DNA of 59,560 nucleotides from Candidatus Yonathbacteria bacterium RIFCSPLOWO2_01_FULL_43_27 (GCA_001823545.1 MHUV01000007.1:115-59674), one strand, 5' to 3'; positions 10,313 through 19,620 are shown, counted from the stretch's first letter. Numbers and translations are program-made. Notes: generated by a model from the letters alone, not told the origin.

Positions 10313-10326
10313 TTAATATATACTAA

Positions 10327-11727
10327 TTATTTCTTAGATTTTACAACCACAATCCCCAACTCCTGCAATTGCTCTGCGCTCACTTCTGACGGTGCTTCCA
10401 TCATTAGGTCGCGGCCTTCGCCGGTTTTTGGGAAAGCGATCACTTCGCGGATATTGGGCTCATTCGTGAGGATTGCCAAGAGACGGTCAAGGCCCCATGC
10501 AATACCTCCGTGTGGTGGCGCGCCGTATGAAAACGCATCGAGCATATGCCCAAAGTTTTTGCGAATATTTTCCTCGGTGTGTCCCAATATTTCTAAAACC
10601 TTGATGAGCGCTTCAGGGCGATGATTGCGGATACTACCCCCTCCAATTTCATATCCGTTGAGTGCCACATCGTACTGTGTCGCCAAAATCTCACCAATCT
10701 TTTCTTTGTTCATCAGCCATTCGTAATGCTCTGGCATTGGCGCAGAAAAAGGATTGTGAGTAAATGTCCATTCTCCCGCTTTGTTTTTTTCAAAAAATGG
10801 AAAATCAACAACCCAACAAAATGCCAAAAGATTTGGATCATTTTTGTCCTCGCGCATATCTGGCTTGTCGTTGCCGTATTTTTCCATCGCCTCTTTGTAA
10901 GTGATGCGCGGAAACGGTATCGTCTGTATTTTTTTCTCTGGCGCAAGTGTTTGCACAAGCTCGATCAAAAGCTTTTCGTTGAGCTTCATAATGTCCTCTT
11001 GTGTTGTAAACGAAAGCTCCATATCGAGCTGAGTGAATTCTGGTTGGCGATCACCGCGCGTATCCTCGTCGCGCATACAACGTGCGATCTGGAAATATCG
11101 CTCCATCCCCGCCACCATCAAAAGTTGTTTATACTGCTGGGGCGATTGTGGAAGCGCGTAAAATTTTCCTTGTTCAATACGTGACGGCACAATGTAATCG
11201 CGCGAACCCTCGGGTGTTGATTTTGTAAGGAGAGGGGTTTCTATTTCAAGAAAGCTGTGTTTAGAAAGAAAATTACGAATATGAAGAGCAACCTCATGAC
11301 GCAAACGCATATTACGCTGAAGGCGTGGGCGACGAAGGTCGAGGTAGCGATACTTGAGGCGCGTTTCTTCCCCTATCTCGTGACCATCTGAAGTTACATC
11401 CATTGGCGGAGTTTGTGCTTCGTTCAATACTACAATATTCAAAACTTCAAGTTCAATATCACCATTGGAAACATCCAATTTTACATTTCTCTCTGGGCGC
11501 CTGTTTACCTGCGCATTAACCTCAACAACCCACTCTGGACGAATAATTTGCGCTACAGCGAGAGCTTCGGTGTGATTGGGGAGTACCACCGCCTGCACCT
11601 TGCCACTCATATCACGCAAATCCAAGAAAACCATCTTTCCTTGATCACGACGAATATCCACCCAGCCGGCGATCGTTACTTCTTTTCCTATGTGATTTTT
11701 GAGATCCTTGATGTATGTACGTTCCAT
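10327..11727 (-). CDS. aspS: aspartate--tRNA ligase, short form lacking GAD insertion
   Basis: RLKYRYLDLRR, STPEGSRDY, YALPQSPQQYKQLLM, RQPEFTQLDME, GGGSIR, GAPPHGGIA.GLDRL. Confidence 0.97.
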   Translation of the reverse strand: MERTYIKDLKNHIGKEVTIAGWVDIRRDQGKMVFLDLRDMSGKVQAVVLPNHTEALAVAQIIRPEWVVEVNAQVNRRPERNVKLDVSNGDIELEVLNIVVLNEAQTPPMDVTSDGHEIGEETRLKYRYLDLRRPRLQRNMRLRHEVALHIRNFLSKHSFLEIETPLLTKSTPEGSRDYIVPSRIEQGKFYALPQSPQQYKQLLMVAGMERYFQIARCMRDEDTRGDRQPEFTQLDMELSFTTQEDIMKLNEKLLIELVQTLAPEKKIQTIPFPRITYKEAMEKYGNDKPDMREDKNDPNLLAFCWVVDFPFFEKNKAGEWTFTHNPFSAPMPEHYEWLMNKEKIGEILATQYDVALNGYEIGGGSIRNHRPEALIKVLEILGHTEENIRKNFGHMLDAFSYGAPPHGGIAWGLDRLLAILTNEPNIREVIAFPKTGEGRDLMMEAPSEVSAEQLQELGIVVVKSKK

Positions 11728-11733
11728 ATAATT

Positions 11734-11994
11734 TTAGTGATATAACTTTCTTTTTACTTCTTCGATTGCGTCATTGTGTGTTTCGCTGTCAGCCAAGCGG
11801 TTAAATAAAACGCTCCCCTCTTCATCGATAAGCTCACGGAAACGACGGGAATACGCATCGATCCAAACTCCTGACTTATCTTCACCAAACGCCATCATAA
11901 GTTCAATTTGCGCCTTGTTGGTGACTTCCAAACGATGTTCAGCTGGGTCAACTTTTTCCTCTACCCATTGCCCAATTTTTTCTAACATTCCCAT
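11734..11994 (-). CDS. hypothetical protein
   Basis: 86-aa ORF tightly packed between trpS and aspS. Confidence 0.65.
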
Positions 11995-12011
11995 GATATA
12001 AATATAAAAAA

Positions 12012-12986
12012 TTATAATGATAACAGTAACCCAACTTTCTCGCGCACGTCGTGCATCATTTTCTGTGCCTCGGCACGTGCAACTTCACCTCCTTCACGCA
12101 AGATACGAAGTACCGCCTCGGGGTCGCGTGCGATGTCTTCACGGCGAGAACGAAGTGGGGTGATAAATGCACGAAGGTTATCAATTAAAATTTCTTTTGA
12201 TTCTTTGTAGCCAATACCACCAGCAAGGTACCTCGTACGAACGTCCTCAAGATTTTCTGCTTTCAAAAGTTCGTGGAATGCAAACACGTTGCACGTTGCG
12301 GGATCTTTTGGTTCCTCGATACCCTTCGAATCCGTAGGAATACTCATCACTGCTTTTTTAATTTCTTCATCAGAGGCAAAAAGGCTTATCACATTGCCGT
12401 AACTCTTGCTCATTTTGCGACCATCGGTACCCATAACCGTTTTCACTTCAGGAAGAATCATCGGTTCAGGAAGCTTAAACGTCGCGCCAAAAACATGATT
12501 GAATTTTTGTGCAATATCGCGTGCAATTTCAATGTGCTGTTTCTGGTCTTGCCCCACCGGTACCACATCAGTACCATACATGAGAATGTCTGCCGCCATA
12601 AGGACTGGGTAATCAAACACTCCCACATTCACCTCTTTGTTTTTTTGCTCGGCATCCTTGTATGCATGCGCGCGCATAAGGTACGGAACAGAAATAAGAG
12701 TGTTGAAAATCCAAGAAAGTTCAGTCACCTCAGGCACATCTGATTGAAGAAAAAGGGTGGTCTTTTTAGGATCAAGACCAATTGCGAGGTAATCCATCGC
12801 CACATCGAGGGTGAGCTTTTTTAAGAGCGCGCCATCCGAAATACTGGTCAGTGCATGATAGTTCACTACAAACGCAAACGAGCGATAATCGTTTTGAAAA
12901 TCAACCAATTGGCGCATTGCACCAAAATAGTTGCCCAAATGCACTGTTCCTGTCGGTTTTATCCCCGTAAGTAATGTTTTCTGCAT
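12012..12986 (-). CDS. trpS: tryptophan--tRNA ligase
   Basis: [39 protein letters not shown]. Confidence 0.97.
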
Positions 12987-13056
12987 CATTTCATCTTACC
13001 AGAAAAACGATGTTTATTGAAGGGTATCCCCTCAATATACTCGTTATATAAAATAA

Positions 13057-13088
13057 TAACCCTGCTCCGATAAATTGGAGCAGGGTTA
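13057..13088 (-). terminator. intrinsic terminator/hairpin after orphan gene
   Basis: TAACCCTGCTCC-N8-GGAGCAGGGTTA. Confidence 0.7.
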
Positions 13089-13108
13089 AATTCTAAACCC
13101 TAAAGAGC

Positions 13109-13720
13109 CTAGGATTCAGTACTGGCGTGCGACACGACGAATGCAGACCCACCGGCTCTATTCCACACTTTATCACTCTCGTTGCAGCACGCGTAGATCC
13201 AACTACCACCATCACCACGATATACACCTAGAAAGCGCGGTTTGCCGTTAGGAGTGATGATGGATTCGTGCATGGCAATGATGTACCACAAACCCATGGC
13301 CTCTAACTCATCGTCCGTGAACTTCTCGCGGATGAGGCAGGCCAGTTCAGGTTCAGGTTTGCCGAGCTTGCGATTGTCGGGCGTCCTGAAAGCTTTCGCA
13401 TATGCGCGGATCTTCTTCGTTGTCCGGTTGTTGTCCTCGAAGAAACAACCCCGAAGAACGGCAACATCGGTCGTCACGCCGCTCGTCGGCTTGAAGGAAG
13501 GCGAACGGAGCACCTGCTTGGCGTAGTCACCCACGCGGGAGCCTTTGCTTTCGAGTCGGGTGATCCAGTCCTTGCCGGTCGTGCCGTCCGAGGTGACCGA
13601 GAAGTAGATGATGCCGTCTACCTCGCACCACGAACGGACCAGTTCAGAGACCGAAAGTTCATCGGTGCTGAGTTGGCCGGCAGTGAAATCAGCAGATGCA
13701 AATCTGTTACTGTTGCCCAT
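13109..13720 (-). CDS. hypothetical protein, probable DGR-target-like (C-type lectin-like variable C-terminus)
   Basis: Strong SD AAGGAGG; GC-richer than flanks; C-terminus GDGGSWIYACCNESDKVWNRAGGSAFVVS resembles CPR DGR variable regions as recalled. Confidence 0.6.
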   Translation of the reverse strand: MGNSNRFASADFTAGQLSTDELSVSELVRSWCEVDGIIYFSVTSDGTTGKDWITRLESKGSRVGDYAKQVLRSPSFKPTSGVTTDVAVLRGCFFEDNNRTTKKIRAYAKAFRTPDNRKLGKPEPELACLIREKFTDDELEAMGLWYIIAMHESIITPNGKPRFLGVYRGDGGSWIYACCNESDKVWNRAGGSAFVVSHASTES

Positions 13721-13864
13721 AATTGCCTCCTTGCGTTCATATGCGCGTTTTAGTTTTCCTCTCATTCGAGGAAGGAATGTACCTACTCGCAAATCGTATC
13801 AAAGAACTGTATTAATACATTATACACCTAATAGACACATATGTCAAACGCCAGAGTACGTTTT

Positions 13865-14887
13865 TTACAGCGAAAAACTTTTGATGTTATAGAGATCTTC
13901 TTCAGGCGCCTCTCCTACCGTATCCTTGCCATCCTCAGCAAGCTCATGAGGCTCTGCGGGGCGTGTCGCTTCCTCGACAGTCTCTCCGAGTGGGGGAAGG
14001 TTCTTTGCTTCACTCCCTGCTTCAAGTTCTGCCTGTAAGCGTTTGATGAAATTGCGCACGTCATCACTTGAAAAGAAATCGATGACGATTTTCCCTCCGA
14101 CTTCACGTTTTTCAATCTGCACGCGTGTGCCAAGGCGCTCGGTAAGTTCGTGCTCAAACTCCATAATCTCAGGATCAATCCCCCGTTCTGGCTTGCGCAC
14201 TTTGTTCACCGCGATACGACGTGCGATACGTTCTGCTTCACGCACATTGAGCTTCTTAAATATAATTTCCTTAAAAAGGGTCATTTGCTCCTCCGCGCGA
14301 TCACCGAGCATAAGGAGTGGACGAGTGTGTCCTTCGTTGATACGTCGCTCAGCAAGTGCGGTGAGCATTTCTTGAGGAAGCGCCAAAATGCGAATCGTAT
14401 TAGATACATATTCGCGACTTTTACCAACCTTGTGCGCGATCTGCGCGTGCGTAAATTTGAATTCAGACGCAAGACGGTTAAAAGCCATCGCGCGATCAAC
14501 GGCATTCAGGTCTTCACGTTGGAGATTTTCAATGATCGCAAGTTCTAGTTTTGCTTGCGCTTCTTCTTCTTTTCCTTCTTCGCCAATACGAATAAGTACT
14601 GGCACTTGGGTTAGTCCCGCAATTTTTGAAGCCCTCAAACGACGTTCGCCTGCAATAAGCTCGTATTCTACGGCAAGACCACCTTCTGGCTTTTCTACCT
14701 CACGACGCGTCACGACGAGTGGCTGAAGAATACCGTACTGTTTAACCGAATCAGCAAGATCACGAAGTTTCTCTTCATCAAATTCTTTGCGTGGCTGAAA
14801 TGGATTTGGTTTTATTTTTTCAACTTCGATCCAAAAGATCGCATTCTTATACATTTGATGGTGTTGATTCTCGTGTGGTGTGGTCAT
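13865..14887 (-). CDS. parB: ParB/Spo0J family partition protein
   Basis: PNPFQPRK.F, GILQPLVV, LIAGERRLRA, IENLQREDL, HTH KSREYVSN. Confidence 0.93.
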   Translation of the reverse strand: MTTPHENQHHQMYKNAIFWIEVEKIKPNPFQPRKEFDEEKLRDLADSVKQYGILQPLVVTRREVEKPEGGLAVEYELIAGERRLRASKIAGLTQVPVLIRIGEEGKEEEAQAKLELAIIENLQREDLNAVDRAMAFNRLASEFKFTHAQIAHKVGKSREYVSNTIRILALPQEMLTALAERRINEGHTRPLLMLGDRAEEQMTLFKEIIFKKLNVREAERIARRIAVNKVRKPERGIDPEIMEFEHELTERLGTRVQIEKREVGGKIVIDFFSSDDVRNFIKRLQAELEAGSEAKNLPPLGETVEEATRPAEPHELAEDGKDTVGEAPEEDLYNIKSFSL

Positions 14888-15003
14888 AAGAAATAAAATA
14901 GAATTATACGTTCCATCTTAGCACAAGAAATCCTTTGCGCAAGATTTTTTAATACATTACGTCATATGCACATGCCTCTACTAAGTGAGGAGAAATTTTA
15001 TTA

Positions 15004-15033
15004 TTTACAAACAACGATATTCAATGTTATAAT
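15004..15033 (+). promoter_or_regulatory. sigma70-type promoter of flavinylation operon
   Basis: TTTACA-N18-TATAAT with TG extension, 9 nt upstream of ATG 15043. Confidence 0.6.
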
Positions 15034-15042
15034 ATAAGACAT

Positions 15043-15285
15043 ATGGGGCAAATAACAATATTTTTAGGGCACGGGTTGGTATGGTGGACAGGAATGCTCG
15101 GCGGGTTTTTCTTCCTTCTCCTCATTATCACCGCACTCGTAAAACAATTTAATTATAATATTTTTATGGGATGGCAGATCCCGCTCACGCCACTTCACCA
15201 TTGGTTTGGATGGCTTGCGTTTGGACTGCTCTTTATTCATTTCCTTCTCGCACTCTTTAGTTCTGTATTTATGGTCTTCTTCTAA
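15043..15285 (+). CDS. small membrane protein, putative minimal b-type cytochrome (DUF4405-like)
   Basis: Two hydrophobic helices; LHHWFGWLAFGLLFIH places His residues 13-14 apart in one helix. Confidence 0.65.
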   Translation: MGQITIFLGHGLVWWTGMLGGFFFLLLIITALVKQFNYNIFMGWQIPLTPLHHWFGWLAFGLLFIHFLLALFSSVFMVFF

Positions 15286-15313
15286 AAAACCATAATAGGA
15301 CCACGAACACAAG

Positions 15314-16036
15314 ATGAATATTATCGCAAAGATCAAACACTGGTTTACCGAAGCACCATACGTTGAAGGCACGGTCATTGAATCAGAACGTATTGGCTCA
15401 CGTATCCAAAAAGTTACCATTGGACTTCCGCTGGATGTCCGTGGCCCCTTTCCTATGGGTTCCTACATTGTCGCTTATACCTGGGGTTGTATACCTCGCG
15501 CATACTCGATTGCAAAAACCGACGGAGGTTCATTTACTCTTCTCGTAAGTTTTAGTGGTGGTGGCGCAGGCGCGCGATATTTCCGCGATATTACCGTCGG
15601 CAAAAAAGTTATTTTTTATGGACCTTTCGACGACTTCCCTTATCGTGCGGGCACTGGCCGTCCAAAAATATTCTTTGCAACCTCAACAGGAGTTGCTCCT
15701 TTTCGTATGATGGTAGACGCTGCTATCAGCGAAGGTCTTCATGCGACGATCGTACTTGGATCACCCAAAGAAGGCGATGTCGCATTCAAGGAAGAGCTTG
15801 AGGAGCTCTCGCGCACGAACCCTCTCTTTTCTTTTGTCCCCACACTCTCAAACGCTGATCCTAATTGGCAAGGCGCGCGCGGATATGTAACTGACTACAT
15901 TTACAAAAACCCAGAGATCGTACGCTCAAGCGACGTATATATTTGTGGTATTCCCCCCATGACACTCGGTGTTCTCGATGCACTCAAAAAGATCCGCATG
16001 CCACAAGACAAGATATTTGTGCAAAAATTCGGATAA
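15314..16036 (+). CDS. FNR-type FAD/NAD(P)H oxidoreductase
   Basis: RAYS (RxYS FAD motif), GPF, FATSTGVAPF, RGYV, YICGIPPM, C-terminal KFG. Confidence 0.92.
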   Translation: MNIIAKIKHWFTEAPYVEGTVIESERIGSRIQKVTIGLPLDVRGPFPMGSYIVAYTWGCIPRAYSIAKTDGGSFTLLVSFSGGGAGARYFRDITVGKKVIFYGPFDDFPYRAGTGRPKIFFATSTGVAPFRMMVDAAISEGLHATIVLGSPKEGDVAFKEELEELSRTNPLFSFVPTLSNADPNWQGARGYVTDYIYKNPEIVRSSDVYICGIPPMTLGVLDALKKIRMPQDKIFVQKFG

Positions 16037-16078
16037 AGAGTATACTTACAATATTACTGATATCTCATCAATTCAACT

Positions 16079-16561
16079 ATGAACATAAAAGAATCAACGA
16101 TCTCTCATGGAATACAAGACGTGCGTAGGTACGGTATCGCTGTTTTAATAGTACTTTTTTTACTCAACGTCATCACATTGGGTGCACTTCATTGGGTTGA
16201 ATCGAACCAGCTTCATAATGAGCTCGCAAAATATATGGAAACGATCCCATCCCCTAGTGCCACAAGCACCACACAGACAATTCGTCTTCCTGAAGATGTT
16301 CTATCATTTCAATTGAGATCTTCTGATCGCACAGGTTTTTACGAAACCTCCCTCGGCACGGGGAAGGACCGACAGGATTATCTTGCGTACGCAGACCCTA
16401 ACAAACATTATGTATTAATGAAATCCGAGAAGGCAATCCAAGAAGAAACAAAAGGGTTCGGTATTACACTCCTCGCGCTGTATGCAGGTGAAGTGATCCT
16501 TCTTCTTGGGTGGTGGTTCTTTGTTCGCGCAAAGATACGTGAGATCTTTGACATTGACTAA
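16079..16561 (+). CDS. two-TM membrane protein resembling a sensor input domain without kinase
   Basis: TM - ~85-aa loop - TM - very short tail. Confidence 0.7.
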   Translation: MNIKESTISHGIQDVRRYGIAVLIVLFLLNVITLGALHWVESNQLHNELAKYMETIPSPSATSTTQTIRLPEDVLSFQLRSSDRTGFYETSLGTGKDRQDYLAYADPNKHYVLMKSEKAIQEETKGFGITLLALYAGEVILLLGWWFFVRAKIREIFDID

Positions 16562-16583
16562 CAACGATAAATTAATAATTACT

Positions 16584-17162
16584 ATGCCAACATCCTTTTC
16601 AAAAAATATTCAAAAATTTCTTGTGCTCTCATTTACTGCCGTCGCGTTGGTAGTGATCGTCATTGGCGTCAGTCGTACCAAAAAAACTGACGTTACTACA
16701 GATGCCAACAATGCATCCCCCACCCCTACACCAATAGACACCACCGGAGCGAAAACGTTCACAGGCACCTCCTACCAAACGCCGTGGGGTAACGCCGTTG
16801 CTTCTATTTCAGTCAAAAACGGCAAAGTTGTTGCTGTTACGATGCCTCAAGTACCAAACTCACCACCAAGCATCTTTGCAGAGCCATACCTTGTCGACCA
16901 AGCACTTCGCACAGGAAGTGCTAACATCCAAGGTGTGTCTGGCGCCACCTTTACAAGCATGGCGTTTAAATCTTCTCTTGAAAATGCTCTTCTTCAGGCA
17001 CAAACACAAGGAGAAACGATTACCGGAGGTACCGGCACCACGACCTCGACAGCAAAACCCGTAGTTCCACGTAAATACCGCGACGATGATGACGAAGATG
17101 AGGATAGCGACGATGATTTCTTTGATTTTGACGACGACGAAGACGACGATTCAAGTCTCTAG
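16584..17162 (+). CDS. FMN-binding (flavinylated) domain protein, one site, acidic tail
   Basis: N-terminal TM; TFTG..YQTPWG.....I.VKNGK fold start; IQGVSGATFTS flavinylation motif; poly-D/E C-terminus. Confidence 0.88.
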   Translation: MPTSFSKNIQKFLVLSFTAVALVVIVIGVSRTKKTDVTTDANNASPTPTPIDTTGAKTFTGTSYQTPWGNAVASISVKNGKVVAVTMPQVPNSPPSIFAEPYLVDQALRTGSANIQGVSGATFTSMAFKSSLENALLQAQTQGETITGGTGTTTSTAKPVVPRKYRDDDDEDEDSDDDFFDFDDDEDDDSSL

Positions 17163-17303
17163 TGTATCTTGTACAAGGTTGTACGATACGTTTTTTAACG
17201 ATTTTTTGAGTTTGTAAGATTTTTTTGCTGACATCGTCTTAATATTGGTACGCACTGCGAGACTTTGTTTCGTGGTTGTTTTGAAAACTTTTATATTTTA
17301 TTT

Positions 17304-18395
17304 ATGTCAACATTTTCAAAAAAACTTCAAAAATTCTTCATTTATTTCTTTACCGGTGTTTCGGCAGTTGTTATTGTGCTTGGGATTCATCGTGCAAAGG
17401 AAACAAACGCGCTGGGAATAAATCCTATTCCTGACAACACGAGCGATATCCCCGGCGACACGTCTGAAACTTCAAGGCAAAATATTGTAAAAAACTCAAG
17501 CATACTCGGTACCTCGGTCGCTCTTCTCGATAAAACAGTTACCGCACAAGGCACCTCATACAAAACACCGTGGGGAAACCTCTCCACGAAGATCCAGGTA
17601 AAAAATGGCAAGATTGTTGCCGTGGAAATCCCAGAGCTTCCCGATTCTCCTCCAAGTATCTACGCCGAGCCATACCTTATTGATCAGGCACTTCGTTCTG
17701 GTAGTACCAACATTCAAGGAGTTTCTGGGGCAACCGTTACCACCAATGCTTTCAAATCATCTCTTGAAAGCGCACTTGCGACGGCGCGTAAACAAGAAGG
17801 AACTTCCTCAGTAAATTCACCAAAAGCAGTGAGTGCAAAAAATACCAGCACGTCAGCAAAAACTACCTCACAAATTACGACCCCTCCTCCAGCCTATGCA
17901 CTACCTCCTGCATACGTACCTCCGCAAGTAAAAACGCAGACAATTTCTCAACCTACACTTACACAGGCAACCCCAAAAGCAGGTGTATCAGGGAATTTTA
18001 CCGGTAATCCATTTTCAACCAAATGGGGAAATGCGGTTGCTTCAATTACCGTAACGAATGGGAAAATTACCGGCGTTACAATGCCGCAAGTTCCAAACTC
18101 TCCTCCGTCTATCGACGCAGAGCCATTTCTCATTTCACAGGCACTCGCCTCAGGAAATGCTAATATTCAAGGTGTGTCAGGCGCAACCGTGGTAAGTAAT
18201 GCATTCAGAGCATCGCTCGAAAGCGCTATTGCAAAAGCAAACGCGCAAGCAGTGACACAAGGAGCAACGACCGTAGTTACAAGCCCGACAACAACGGCAA
18301 CTTCTAATACTACAATGACATCTTCAACAAACACTCAACCAACCAAATACAAAAAAAATAAAAGAAATCATGATGACGAAGAGGACGACGACTAA
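17304..18395 (+). CDS. FMN-binding protein with two FMN_bind domains
   Basis: N-terminal TM; IQGVSGATVTT and IQGVSGATVVS motifs separated by a P/T/S-rich linker; acidic tail. Confidence 0.88.
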   Translation: MSTFSKKLQKFFIYFFTGVSAVVIVLGIHRAKETNALGINPIPDNTSDIPGDTSETSRQNIVKNSSILGTSVALLDKTVTAQGTSYKTPWGNLSTKIQVKNGKIVAVEIPELPDSPPSIYAEPYLIDQALRSGSTNIQGVSGATVTTNAFKSSLESALATARKQEGTSSVNSPKAVSAKNTSTSAKTTSQITTPPPAYALPPAYVPPQVKTQTISQPTLTQATPKAGVSGNFTGNPFSTKWGNAVASITVTNGKITGVTMPQVPNSPPSIDAEPFLISQALASGNANIQGVSGATVVSNAFRASLESAIAKANAQAVTQGATTVVTSPTTTATSNTTMTSSTNTQPTKYKKNKRNHDDEEDDD

Positions 18396-18404
18396 TTTAT
18401 ATTT

Positions 18405-19328
18405 ATGAACCAACCCGAACATCGTGTATTTCATTCAATGGGGATCCCCATTCACATAACACTGGTGGGCTGTTCGGCAACAGAGGCAGACCACGCAGCA
18501 CAAAAAGCAGAGGCCATATTCAACGAGTACGACCTCCGTTTTAGTCGTTTTAAAAATGAAAGTGAGCTCATGTCGCTTAATAACAGCAATGGTGTATGGC
18601 ACAAAGTGTCACTGCCATTATTCCAAGTACTCAAAAAATGCGTAGCACTCTCGGCCGATACCATGGGAATATTTGATGCATCCGTAGGTGGAATACTTGC
18701 ATCCTATGGATATGGATTGCCAAAAAAATTCATTCGAAAGACCCCCTTCCCTACGTACCGCGATCTTGCGTTCAACGATCGCGAACTTTTGGTGCGTCTT
18801 GCGCCTGGACAAATTCTTGAACCAGCGTGTATTGTAAAAGGAATGTCAATTGATGCTGCCGGACAAGCTCTTTCGGAAGTACGCGGTTTTATGATAAATG
18901 CAGGTGGTGATATTCTTACGCATGGTTCATTTAATAATGGCTCAGCATGGAACATTGCCATACAGGATCCGCGTGACCTGCGCGCAATTGTCACCACGAT
19001 AGGTATCAAGAATGCCGGCATTGCAACTTCGGGTATTTACCAAACAGGAGGAGAACACGATGGTGAAAAATGGCACCACCTCATCAATATGCAAACAGGA
19101 AAACCAGCTAATCGCACCATGAGCGCTACGGTGATTGCACCTACGTGCGAACAAGCAGACATTGAAGCATCGCTCGCAATCCTTCTCCCCTTCGAACAAA
19201 CTGTTGCTCGCCTTGAGCAGAGAAAATTGCCATATTTCCTTATTTACAACGATGGGCATATTGCGAAAAATGCCGCTTTTTCGGCACTTGAGGTTCCGTT
19301 TGACAAAATAGCAACGGATACAGTATAA
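18405..19328 (+). CDS. apbE: FAD:protein FMN transferase (ApbE family)
   Basis: MG..I.I, FSRF...SEL..LN, G.FD.SVG, IVKG..ID, INAGGDI, W.IAIQDP, IATSG.Y, HHLIN..TGKP. Confidence 0.93.
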   Translation: MNQPEHRVFHSMGIPIHITLVGCSATEADHAAQKAEAIFNEYDLRFSRFKNESELMSLNNSNGVWHKVSLPLFQVLKKCVALSADTMGIFDASVGGILASYGYGLPKKFIRKTPFPTYRDLAFNDRELLVRLAPGQILEPACIVKGMSIDAAGQALSEVRGFMINAGGDILTHGSFNNGSAWNIAIQDPRDLRAIVTTIGIKNAGIATSGIYQTGGEHDGEKWHHLINMQTGKPANRTMSATVIAPTCEQADIEASLAILLPFEQTVARLEQRKLPYFLIYNDGHIAKNAAFSALEVPFDKIATDTV

Positions 19329-19364
19329 TTTAAAAGTGCCTATCCTTAACAAGGGAGTAAACTT

Positions 19365-19586
19365 ATGGAGGAATTTAAAATAGACCCGATCAAACAGAAG
19401 GAACTTCACGAAGAAGTTCTGCAAAAAATTGATCCTCGTATCGCAGAGATTTTACGAAAGCACCTTCATTATTCCACTCCTCAAGAAGAAGAGGTGCCAT
19501 TCAACGAGGAGCCTCCAAAAAAGACCTCCCACAAAAATGGACCAGGTGCATTTATCGAGAATTCTATACCAGAAAGCCATCGATAA
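19365..19586 (+). CDS. small hypothetical protein
   Basis: GGGAG SD, 73 aa, followed by terminator. Confidence 0.6.
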   Translation: MEEFKIDPIKQKELHEEVLQKIDPRIAEILRKHLHYSTPQEEEVPFNEEPPKKTSHKNGPGAFIENSIPESHR

Positions 19587-19620
19587 ATGTCACCAATAAG
19601 GACAGCCGCACGTAGTACAA

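Noticed and set aside
14888-15042. parS site or parA next to parB
   Set aside because: No TGTTNCACGTGAAACA-like palindrome and no Walker-A ATPase gene adjacent
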